Origin: a virus
Lineage: Duplodnaviria; Heunggongvirae; Uroviricota; Caudoviricetes
IMG/VR virus record: IMGVR_UViG_2703718778_000014
Direction: 5' to 3' (one strand)
Length of the DNA: 23,312 nt
Shown: positions 15,858-23,312 of the stretch, piece after piece
Layout of the letters: every line of letters begins with the position of its first letter
Numbering within the stretch: position 1 is the first letter of the stretch
Program-made: the position numbers and the translations under genes
The notes under the pieces: model-generated
What the model was told of the DNA's origin: nothing
Databases searched by the model: none
The model's input: the letters and a program-made list of their open reading frames with translations, nothing else

Positions 15858-16841
15858 TCACCCCCTGAATCCCGGCGGTATTTCAGTGTCCGGTTCAGAA
15901 ATGTGATTTACGCAACGCTGCGCGGGCGAACGCCCCAGGCGGATAACCAGTTCATCCCATTTTTCCCTGAGTTTTGCCGGACTCATGATGTTTTTTACCC
16001 AGAACGAATCCCGCTGGACACGCCCAAACATTTCACAAATCTGCCGGTGACTACGTCCATCCAGCATACGCATCATGCGCACATCATTCGCCCAGGTCGT
16101 CCAGTTAGGTTCTCTGGGGCGTGACACCTCACCATCATCACTGGCGGCCTGTTCATACAACGCCACAACCCGTCCCCAAATCCACTGCGCACAGGCGACA
16201 TCCTCACGGGTACCCCACTGTCGCTTCGGTACATTCCAGGTATGCGCATCTGGGTGTTTCTCCAGAAATCGCTCAACTGGTGATGATCGTTTTTCGTCCA
16301 GCAGTGAAACGTCCGGACAAGAAGATCTTTTATCTGACGGATCAGGTTTTAATACTGACGGATCGGGGTCAATCATCGCCCCCCTAATACGCAGTTTTTT
16401 ATCAACCGTTGATCCATCAACATTTGACGGGTCAACCGTTGAGGGGGCAATATTTGACGGGTTAACTGTTAACGGGTCATTTTTTGCCGGGCTAATTTTT
16501 CTTTTCGGTTTATATGCCTCACGCGCCGCAGTTGCAGCTGCTTCGAGTTTTTCCACATTAAGCCGATAGATATTGCTTACGTTACGCCCACCGACCTTAC
16601 GCTCTTCCTTCGTCAGCCAGCCCTCTTTCGCCAGTTCTGCAATAGCAGATTTAACGGTGGATTCACTTCTTGCACCGATCTGACGCCGGATAGTTTCAAT
16701 GGCAGGCCATGACACGCCCTCGTCATTGCTGTAGTCTGCAAGACGGGCCATAACCGCCACCCTGGATAAGATCATGCCGGTGAAGGCGCACCCTTCCCAG
16801 ACAAGACCATGAAGCTTGCTGCTCATAAACCCCCCGAACAC
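15858..16841 (-). CDS. Replication initiator, lambda O-like / YdaU-like, with internal iterons
   Basis: N-terminal HTH-like region (VSWPAIETIRRQIGARSESTVKSAIAELAKEGWL); start is GTG at 16841 or ATG at 16826 (G-rich RBS); contains the iteron cluster at 16402-16476. Confidence 0.6.
   Translation of the reverse strand: MFGGFMSSKLHGLVWEGCAFTGMILSRVAVMARLADYSNDEGVSWPAIETIRRQIGARSESTVKSAIAELAKEGWLTKEERKVGGRNVSNIYRLNVEKLEAAATAAREAYKPKRKISPAKNDPLTVNPSNIAPSTVDPSNVDGSTVDKKLRIRGAMIDPDPSVLKPDPSDKRSSCPDVSLLDEKRSSPVERFLEKHPDAHTWNVPKRQWGTREDVACAQWIWGRVVALYEQAASDDGEVSRPREPNWTTWANDVRMMRMLDGRSHRQICEMFGRVQRDSFWVKNIMSPAKLREKWDELVIRLGRSPAQRCVNHISEPDTEIPPGFRG
16402..16476. repeat. Iteron cluster (candidate replication origin) inside the O-like gene
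   Basis: Five tandem roughly 15-bp units of the form TCAAC-NN-TTGA-CGGG (tcaaccgttgatcc, tcaacatttgacggg, tcaaccgttgaggggg, caatatttgacggg, ttaactgttaacggg) followed by an AT-rich tract (16477-16520). Confidence 0.5.
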
Positions 16842-16848
16842 CGTGCTT

Positions 16849-17274
16849 TTAGTGCATCACCACAGCATTCCCTGCCGGGCCGCCGCGATTCATCTGGTCA
16901 TACAAAACAACCGCTGACGCAACAAAATCATCGACATCCTTCACCAGCCGATCCCTCCGTTCGACGATCTCACGGTAATATTCAGAACTGTGGCTGCGCA
17001 TACGGGCCACCAGCAAAGGCGGCATCGCCTTTTCGATCGCCGGTAACAGAGCCTGCATTTTTTCAACAGCATCAGGGGTGTCTTTATCCAGCCAACGGAA
17101 AATTTTCTGTGTATTACGGGCCAGGGCTTCCGGATGGCTGTCGTCGTACAGTTCAGGGAACGTCATCCCCAGTTCGAAATAAGTCCGGGCTATTTCAGCT
17201 GCAGGAACTTTCTCACCGTCCGGATAGGCCCAGGCATTGATCGCCATGCGGATGTGCTCATGCTTGATTTTCAT
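16849..17274 (-). CDS. YdaT-like protein (Rac-prophage-type early gene, 141 aa)
   Basis: ATG at 17274 with RBS AGGAG; position between the Cro-like and O-like genes as ydaT in Rac; assignment by gene order and size. Confidence 0.45.
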   Translation of the reverse strand: MKIKHEHIRMAINAWAYPDGEKVPAAEIARTYFELGMTFPELYDDSHPEALARNTQKIFRWLDKDTPDAVEKMQALLPAIEKAMPPLLVARMRSHSSEYYREIVERRDRLVKDVDDFVASAVVLYDQMNRGGPAGNAVVMH

Positions 17275-17539
17275 GAATCAAGCTCCTAGAAAGTGGTTGT
17301 GTTAACGTTTTGGTATCTTCCAGCTCAGGCCAAATATTCATCCAATCAAAAGGCCTTAGTTGCTGACGTGTAACTTCACCATTACTGGCTCGCTCAATAA
17401 GGACACATAACGATGCCCCTAACACTTGGCCTTTACTCAATGCCTTTCTTAGATAACCGATGCTGGTACCACACTCGCATGCAAACATACGCTGTTCATC
17501 TGACGAAAGAGAATTGAGAAATATTCTTAATTCTTCCAT
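17258..17539 (-). CDS. Cro-like / YdaS-like HTH regulator (93 aa), first gene of the early-right operon
   Basis: ATG at 17539 with strong RBS AAGGAG; HTH-like segment CECGTSIGYLRKALSKGQ; divergent from the repressor gene across the operator cluster. Confidence 0.5.
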   Translation of the reverse strand: MEELRIFLNSLSSDEQRMFACECGTSIGYLRKALSKGQVLGASLCVLIERASNGEVTRQQLRPFDWMNIWPELEDTKTLTQPLSRSLIHENQA

Positions 17540-17564
17540 AGCTACTCCTTAGTAAACACAGCAA

Positions 17565-17646
17565 AGAATACCTATAGGTAAACAAAAGTCAATACCTTTG
17601 GGTTGTTTACCTTACGGTAATCACATCTATTATTTACCTATGGACA
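17565..17646. promoter_or_regulatory. Right operator cluster with divergent pR-like and pRM-like promoters
   Basis: Palindromes TACCTATAGGTA (17569-17580), TACCTTTGGGTT (17593-17604), TACCTTACGGTA (17608-17619), TACCTATGGACA (17635-17646); minus-strand -35 TTGACT (17592-17587) and -10 TATTCT (17570-17565); plus-strand -10 TATTAT (17628-17633) ending 6 nt before the repressor ATG. Confidence 0.45.
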
Positions 17647-18059
17647 AATATGAATTTAGACGACAGCAGCTCATCAAAATTCGTGATGAGAAATGCGATG
17701 GTAAAGCGGTTAACGTAGCCAGAAAGATCGGTCGCGAGCCTTCTTATGTATCAAGAATGTTGTACCCAGAGGGGAAAAAGGGAAAAAAACGGATCGCTGA
17801 TGATATGGTGGAGATTATCGAAGAGTCCTTTGGGTTACCCCGAGGATGGATGGATGGTATCGTTTCATCATCAACGAACACAGCCTCCAATTATGAAACA
17901 AGGGTTCTAACGCCACGACAACGTATTTTTTTAGATCTCTTAGACGAGCTGCCAGAAAGTGAAGCGGATAACTTATTAAAAACTCTTGAAGAGAAAAAAC
18001 AGTATTACAATATGATCTACGAAGAAATCCGTAAAAAGAAAGCACAAAACGCATCATAA
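17640..18059 (+). CDS. Prophage repressor (CI/RacR-like, HTH)
   Basis: HTH-like segment GKAVNVARKIGREPSYVSRML; ATG at 17640 lies just downstream of a -10 element, suggesting a leaderless mRNA; the ORF-track start at 17598 would lie inside the operators. Confidence 0.55.
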   Translation: MDKYEFRRQQLIKIRDEKCDGKAVNVARKIGREPSYVSRMLYPEGKKGKKRIADDMVEIIEESFGLPRGWMDGIVSSSTNTASNYETRVLTPRQRIFLDLLDELPESEADNLLKTLEEKKQYYNMIYEEIRKKKAQNAS

Positions 18060-18104
18060 CTCACCAAACAACCAGTCACCAGTTAAGACGCCTGAAAAAA
18101 AGTT

Positions 18105-18145
18105 ACCCATGGGTATTTACTTTTTGGGTACCCATGGGTATGCTC
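18105..18145 (+). promoter_or_regulatory. Left operator pair overlapping a pL-like promoter
   Basis: Two copies of the perfect palindrome TACCCATGGGTA (18105-18116, 18130-18141) flanking -35 TTTACT (18117-18122) and -10 TATGCT (18140-18145), 17-nt spacer. Confidence 0.4.
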
Positions 18146-18325
18146 CCTTTCATACCAACCCACTCCGCCCCACAGAATGCAGGGCAATACCTCGAGTTAC
18201 CCGGCAGTGGTCAGGGGTTAAGTAGCCAGCCCGAGGCGTATGAACATGACGGCGGGAACACTTTGTATAACAGCGCAGCAGGTTTTTAGTTCCGCTACCC
18301 GGCGTTAAGGGTAAATGGGGTCAAC

Positions 18326-18478
18326 ATGGATACTATCGAGCTTGGCAACAACGAATCTCTGGTGTGCGGAGTATTCCCCAACCAAGACGGCACGTTTACC
18401 GCGATGACGTATACCAAAAGTAAAACGTTTAAAACCGAAGCTGGCGCGCATCGCTGGTTAGCCAGAAACGCTAACTGA
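18326..18478 (+). CDS. Small conserved phage protein (50 aa), possibly YdaF-like
   Basis: ATG at 18326; MDTIELGNNESLVCGVFPNQDGTFTAMTYTKSKTFKTEAGAHRWLARNAN; short, not in the ORF track; family recalled only loosely. Confidence 0.35.
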   Translation: MDTIELGNNESLVCGVFPNQDGTFTAMTYTKSKTFKTEAGAHRWLARNAN

Positions 18479-18746
18479 TTAGCGCCAGTAAAAACAGGTT
18501 TCCACAGGTTAATTTACCCTGAAAAGTCAGGGCATAACACGAAAGCGCACGGCGAGATTCCTTTGCATATAAGGTTAGATTTCTTCGACCGTGCGCTTCC
18601 GGTTGTGGCAATCCGCGAAATGGCGCGGCGGTAAGTATGGCGGGGTTATTCCTTCCCCCGTTGAGGACACCGGGTTGTCAGGTTGACCATACGCTTAAGT
18701 GACACCCCAGCCACAACAACCTCTGTTATCACTTTTCTGGTGATTC

Positions 18747-18773
18747 GGCGGAAATGAATATCCGCCCTTTTTA
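18747..18773 (+). terminator. Intrinsic terminator in the early-left leader
   Basis: Stem ggcgga (18747-18752) / tccgcc (18761-18766) followed by CTTTTT. Confidence 0.4.
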
Positions 18774-18950
18774 AAGTGAATTTTGTGATGCTGTGAATGC
18801 GGCTATGCGCACGCGGAACAGTTAAAGCAGTAAGGCGGTCTTTTACTGGCGTAACGAGCATCAACTAACCCGACGTTAATTGTTAACTGGTTAACGTCAC
18901 CTGGAGGCACCAGGCGCTGCATCACAAAATTCATTGTTGAGGACGCGATA

Positions 18951-19139
18951 ATGGAAACGTTATTACCAAACGTTAATACGTCTGAAGGTTGTTTTGATAT
19001 TGGTGTTCTGCTCAGTAATAAAGCGTTTACTGAGGATGCCATTAATATGCGGAAATATGAGCCTTATCTGCTCAATGATAATTCCATTCTTTCCCGAATT
19101 GCCCTTATTAAACTTGGTATTTTCGGAGAACGTCAATGA
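18951..19139 (+). CDS. Hypothetical protein (62 aa) in an AT-rich insert
   Basis: ORF in a locally AT-rich segment (about 18900-19200); stop overlaps the ATG of a 17-codon hydrophobic ORF (19136..19189, MTSAFALVMTVFLITGE). Confidence 0.3.
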   Translation: METLLPNVNTSEGCFDIGVLLSNKAFTEDAINMRKYEPYLLNDNSILSRIALIKLGIFGERQ

Positions 19140-19419
19140 CTTCAGCATTTGCACTGGTGATGACGGTTTTTCTTATAACGGGTGAATAACAGAATGTGAT
19201 TACCGGAATTTATGCCAGTAAAGAATCCTGCCTCCAGGCAAGAGACGAGCAAAAAATTTCTGGTGAATGCCTACCGGTAAAAAAAGTATCGCTGAACCTG
19301 AATAACGAAACACCGGCTGGATAACCCGCCAGCCATATTAACGCCATACCAACGGATTAAAAATGCCAGCAATAGCAGGGATTCGTTCACCCTGAAATCT
19401 GTAATGAGGTTAAAACACA

Positions 19420-21891
19420 ATGAATAAAATCTTTATTTGCGCTGCTATTCCTGACGAACAGGCCATAGAAGAAGATAGCGCTGTTGCGGTGGCCACTGCC
19501 ATTGAAGCCGGTGATGAGCGTCGCGCACGCGCAAAATTTCACTGGCAATTTCTGGAGCAATTCCCGGCAGCTCAGGACTGCGCTTATAAATTTATTGTCT
19601 GCGAGGATAAACCCAGTATACCCCGCCCTGCCCTCGATTCCTGGGATACCGAATATATGCAGGAAAACCGCTGGGATGAGGAGTCTGCGTCCTTTGTCCC
19701 GGTCGAACCCGAATCCGATCCGATGAACGTCACTTTTGACAATCTGGCCCCTGAAGTACAGAACGCCGTCATGGTTAAGTTCGACGCATGTGAAAACATC
19801 ACTGTTGATATGGTGATTAGCGCTCAGGAATTGTTGCAGGAAGACATGGCAACATTCGACGGCCATATCGTTGAAGCGTTGATGAAGATGCCAGAAGTTA
19901 ACGCCATGTATCCGGAGCTTAAGCTGCATGCCATCGGGTGGGTTAAGCATAAATGTAAACCTGCTGCTAAATGGCCCGAAATTCAGGCAGAGATGCGCAT
20001 CTGGAAAAAACGTCGCGAAAGTGAACGCAAGGAAACCGGGAAATACATATCTGTCGTTGATATCGCCCGTTCCAGAGTAAACCAACAGAACACTGAAAAC
20101 GCTGCTGAAAAAACCGGGGCTGTCACTGTTGCCGTTCGCCGCGAATACAAACAGACATGGAAAACACTCGACAATGAACTGGCCTGCGCCCTCTGGCCCG
20201 GTGATGTGGATGCAGGAAACATTGACGGTACCATCCATCGCTGGGCGACAAATGAGGTTATCGACAAGGATCGCGAAGACTGGAAGCGTATCTCAGCATC
20301 AATGCGCAAACAGCCCGAAGCACTTGCCTATGACCGTCAGACTATTTTTGGCCTTGTTCGCGAACGTCCGATCGATATTCACAAAGATCCCGTTGCACTG
20401 AACAAATATATCAGCGAATACCTGACGACAAAGGGCGTGTTTGAACATGAAGAAACAGACCAGAGCTCTGCTGATGCTCTCCAGTCACCAGCAGCACAAA
20501 CTGCTCCAGTGGAGACGGCAGAATCCGATACTCAAAAAAATGAAATCCTGGTGGAAGCTGAACCATCTGTAGAGCGTGAAGGACCATTTTATTTCGTCTT
20601 TACCGATAAGGGCGGGGAAAAATACGGCAGGGCAAACAAACTTTCTGGTCTGGACAGGGCGCTGGCTGCCGGCGGTACCGAAATCTCAAAAGAAGAATAT
20701 TTTGCCCGAAAAAATGGCACATACACGGGCTTACCGCAAAATGTGGATAGCACTGAAGATTCCGAACAACCAGAGCCGGTAAAAGTTACCGCTGACGAAG
20801 TAAACAAAATTATGCAGGCAGCCAATATCAGCCAGCCTGACGCCGATAAATTGCTTGCTGCATCACGTGGTGAATTTGTTGAAGGGATTAGCGACCCGGA
20901 TGATCCGAAATGGGTGAAAGGGATCCAGAGTCGCGACGCTGAGGACCAGAATCAGCCCAACGTGAAACAAAATGAGCCAGAAGCGGAACAAAACAGCCCG
21001 GATACGCAACAAAACGGGCCAGAAGAACAACAACCAGAACCAGCAGTGCAACAGGAACTGGAAAAAGTTTGCACCGCATGCGGTCAGACCGGTGGCGGCA
21101 ACTGTCCTGACTGTGGTGCGGTGATGGGGAACGCAACCTACCAGGAAACATTCGATGAAGAAAATCAGGCTGAAGCTCAGGAAAATGATCCGGAGGAAAT
21201 GGAAGGCACTGAACATCTGCACAAGGAGAACACTGTCAGCGATCAGTATCACGCCAGCGATAATAAAACTGGCGAAACAGCAAATCCCTTAATTAAAGTG
21301 AACGGTCATCATGAAACCACATCCACCAGCAGGTTGTGGCACCATCTGATGATTGACCTTGAAACAATGGGAAAAAATCCTGATGCGCCAATAAACGCTA
21401 TAGCCGGTAAGTTTTTTGATCCGGCAACCGGAGAGATGGGGCCAGAATTCAGCAAAACTATCGATCTGGAAACCGCAGGCGGGGTCATCGATCGGGACAC
21501 CATTAAGTGGTGGCTGAAACAGTCACGCGAAGCACAATCCGCCATTCTGACCGATGAAATCCCGTTGGATGATGCACTGCTGCAATTCCGGGAATTTATC
21601 GACGAAAACTCCGGTGAATTTTTTGTTCAGGTCTGGGGTAACGGTGCAACTTTCGACAACGTGATTTTACGCCGTTCATATGAACGGCAGGGGATCCCCT
21701 GCCCGTGGCGTTACACCAATGATCGCGATGTAAGAACGATGGTTGCTCTGGGACTGGTGATGGATTTCGACGCAAGAACGACTATTCCATTCGAAGGTGA
21801 ACGCCATAACGCGCTGCACGATGCGCGTTACCAAGCAAAATACGTTTCAGCCATCTGGCAAAAACTGATCCCGAGTCAGGCTGATTTTTAA
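19420..21891 (+). CDS. Large phage protein with C-terminal DEDDh (DnaQ-like) 3'-5' exonuclease domain, 823 aa
   Basis: RBS GAGGT; C-terminal motifs MIDLET (Exo I), WGNGATFD (Exo II), HNALHDARY (Exo III, DEDDh type); acidic low-complexity middle region with a CxxC-x7-CxxC zinc-ribbon-like motif (KVCTACGQTGGGNCPDCG). Confidence 0.65.
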   Translation: MNKIFICAAIPDEQAIEEDSAVAVATAIEAGDERRARAKFHWQFLEQFPAAQDCAYKFIVCEDKPSIPRPALDSWDTEYMQENRWDEESASFVPVEPESDPMNVTFDNLAPEVQNAVMVKFDACENITVDMVISAQELLQEDMATFDGHIVEALMKMPEVNAMYPELKLHAIGWVKHKCKPAAKWPEIQAEMRIWKKRRESERKETGKYISVVDIARSRVNQQNTENAAEKTGAVTVAVRREYKQTWKTLDNELACALWPGDVDAGNIDGTIHRWATNEVIDKDREDWKRISASMRKQPEALAYDRQTIFGLVRERPIDIHKDPVALNKYISEYLTTKGVFEHEETDQSSADALQSPAAQTAPVETAESDTQKNEILVEAEPSVEREGPFYFVFTDKGGEKYGRANKLSGLDRALAAGGTEISKEEYFARKNGTYTGLPQNVDSTEDSEQPEPVKVTADEVNKIMQAANISQPDADKLLAASRGEFVEGISDPDDPKWVKGIQSRDAEDQNQPNVKQNEPEAEQNSPDTQQNGPEEQQPEPAVQQELEKVCTACGQTGGGNCPDCGAVMGNATYQETFDEENQAEAQENDPEEMEGTEHLHKENTVSDQYHASDNKTGETANPLIKVNGHHETTSTSRLWHHLMIDLETMGKNPDAPINAIAGKFFDPATGEMGPEFSKTIDLETAGGVIDRDTIKWWLKQSREAQSAILTDEIPLDDALLQFREFIDENSGEFFVQVWGNGATFDNVILRRSYERQGIPCPWRYTNDRDVRTMVALGLVMDFDARTTIPFEGERHNALHDARYQAKYVSAIWQKLIPSQADF

Positions 21892-21955
21892 TGTTCAACC
21901 CCGGTCGTCGCCCGCAAGCTATAGTGGCGGCGACCATGATTAGCGAACAACTCTC

Positions 21956-22204
21956 ATGGCAAGACTTATTCTTCTCACTGAGTGGGCAAAAGAGGAATTC
22001 AGTGACCCGGTCCCGACTCCGGGCACGTTAAGTAAATACGCTAAAGCCGGAATGATATTTCCTCTCCCCAAAAAAGTTGGAAGACACTGGCGAGTGGATC
22101 CTCGAGCTCGCTTTGTCGGAATGGTAAACAAGCCGGAAGTGATCGCCACAGATCACCCTGCTTTGAAGAGGATACTGGAAGATGGCGCGCCCACGAAAAT
22201 ATAA
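21956..22204 (+). CDS. xis: Excisionase (Xis-like)
   Basis: 82-aa ORF immediately upstream of and overlapping int by 23 nt; MIFPLPKKVGRHWRV resembles the lambda Xis core (IFPPPVKDGREYL). Confidence 0.5.
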   Translation: MARLILLTEWAKEEFSDPVPTPGTLSKYAKAGMIFPLPKKVGRHWRVDPRARFVGMVNKPEVIATDHPALKRILEDGAPTKI

Positions 22205-23312
22205 AACTGAAGTTCCGGGATTATCTCCGTATTTTGACAAAAGAAATAACAAAGTTTACTGGCGTTACAGGCATCCCATAACAGGAAAAAATCACGGACT
22301 CGGCAGTATTGACCAGAAACAGGCAGAAGCTATTGCAGCAGAAGCGAACAGCCGTCTTGCCAGGCAACAAATGGAACAAATGCTCAGTCTGCAGGAGAAA
22401 ATTATTAGTGATACCGGTAGTCCATCAACCGTTTCTGCTTTTCTGAATAGTTACCGAAAAATTCAACAGGAAAGATATGAAAACGGAGAGATCAAACTCA
22501 ACACACTGAAACAGAAAGCATCCCCTCTCAGAGTATTTGATGAACGTTTTGGTACCAGACCATTAGATGCCATAACCGTAAAAGATGTGGTATCGGTGCT
22601 GGAAGATTACAAGGCAAAAGGACATAACAGAATGGGACAAATTTTCAGGAAAGTACTGATCGATGTTTTCCGGGAGGCCCAGCAAACGGGCGATGTCCCG
22701 CTAGGCTTTAACCCTGCAGAATCGGCAAAAAAACCACAGGTACGGATATCACGGCAACGACTGACCTTTGATGAGTGGATGATGATTTATAATGCAGCGG
22801 AAAAGGATGGTTACTTTTTACAGCGTGGTATGCTGCTGGCACTGATGACAGGCCAGCGCCTTTCAGATATTTGCAAAATGAAATTTTCGGATATCAGGGA
22901 TGGTTATCTTCATGTCGAACAGCAAAAAACAGGAACCCGGATTGCCATCCCTCTGGCTCTGCGTTACGATAAATTAAATCTCACCCTGGATGATGTGGTG
23001 TCATCCTGTCGCGATTGCGTTCTTAGTCCGTGGCTATTGCACCACCATCATGCTAAAGGGACAGCTAAGCGCGGCGGGATGGTTAAGCCAGCAACGTTAA
23101 CCGTTGCATTTAAAAAAGCCCGGGATTCTGTGGATTACAACTGGCGTGCTAATGGCACCCCACCCTCTTTCCATGAGCAGAGATCTTTATCAGAACGATT
23201 GTTCAGAGAACAGGGAATTGATACCAAAATTTTGCTGGGCCATTCGAATCAAAAAATGACCGATATTTACAACGACGCACGCGGTAAGGAATGGAAAAAA
23301 CTGGTCATTTGA
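22182..23312 (+). CDS. int: Tyrosine integrase, lambda Int family
   Basis: RBS GAGGA; collinear similarity to lambda Int recalled in several blocks (GQRLSDICKMKFSDIRDGYLHVEQQKTG..., PPSFHEQRSLSERLF, LLGHSNQKMTDIYNDARGKEWKKL); stop at 23310-23312, so the att site should lie just beyond the right edge. Confidence 0.85.
   Translation: MARPRKYKTEVPGLSPYFDKRNNKVYWRYRHPITGKNHGLGSIDQKQAEAIAAEANSRLARQQMEQMLSLQEKIISDTGSPSTVSAFLNSYRKIQQERYENGEIKLNTLKQKASPLRVFDERFGTRPLDAITVKDVVSVLEDYKAKGHNRMGQIFRKVLIDVFREAQQTGDVPLGFNPAESAKKPQVRISRQRLTFDEWMMIYNAAEKDGYFLQRGMLLALMTGQRLSDICKMKFSDIRDGYLHVEQQKTGTRIAIPLALRYDKLNLTLDDVVSSCRDCVLSPWLLHHHHAKGTAKRGGMVKPATLTVAFKKARDSVDYNWRANGTPPSFHEQRSLSERLFREQGIDTKILLGHSNQKMTDIYNDARGKEWKKLVI

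Noticed and set aside
15417-16124. ORF 15417..16124(+), 235 aa
   Set aside because: Antisense to the DnaC-like and O-like genes; His/Pro/Arg-rich product typical of a shadow ORF.
17598-17639. Upstream ATG at 17598 as the repressor start
   Set aside because: It would place the N-terminus across the operator palindromes and the -10 element; the ATG at 17640 fits a leaderless promoter arrangement better. Not fully excluded.
19387-20238. ORF 19387..20238(-), 283 aa
   Set aside because: Lies antisense entirely within the well-supported 823-aa exonuclease gene; no independent support.
20863-21545. ORFs 20863..21252(-), 20888..21151(-), 21309..21545(-)
   Set aside because: Antisense within the exonuclease gene, in a repetitive acidic-coding region that generates long spurious reverse frames.

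Overview
The window lies entirely inside a lambdoid prophage of an enterobacterial host, in mirror-image lambda order: integrase at the right edge, S-holin start at the left edge. Right to left it contains lambda-type int/xis and an 823-aa protein with a C-terminal DEDDh exonuclease domain (+ strand); a short, apparently degenerate early-left region; an immunity switch with palindromic operators; and a Rac-like early-right operon on the - strand (Cro-like, YdaT-like, O-like initiator with internal iterons, DnaC-like loader broken by one in-frame amber codon). Further left are nin-like genes (RusA, DUF968, Q-like antiterminator), an oppositely oriented two-gene cassette (PAPS-reductase-like plus ParB-like), and a Stx-phage-like late region without stx: candidate pR' and stacked terminators, a DPPY DNA methyltransferase, tRNA-Ile(CAU), tRNA-Arg(UCG), a lipoprotein, a NanS-p-like esterase and the holin. 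The most unusual element is in the slot where Stx phages carry stx: three paralogous ~170-nt structured units with compensatory stem changes and terminators, which I interpret as a tandem family of candidate small RNAs, next to a relic copy of the methyltransferase 3' end. All identifications rest on reading the sequence and recalled family motifs; no database search was run.
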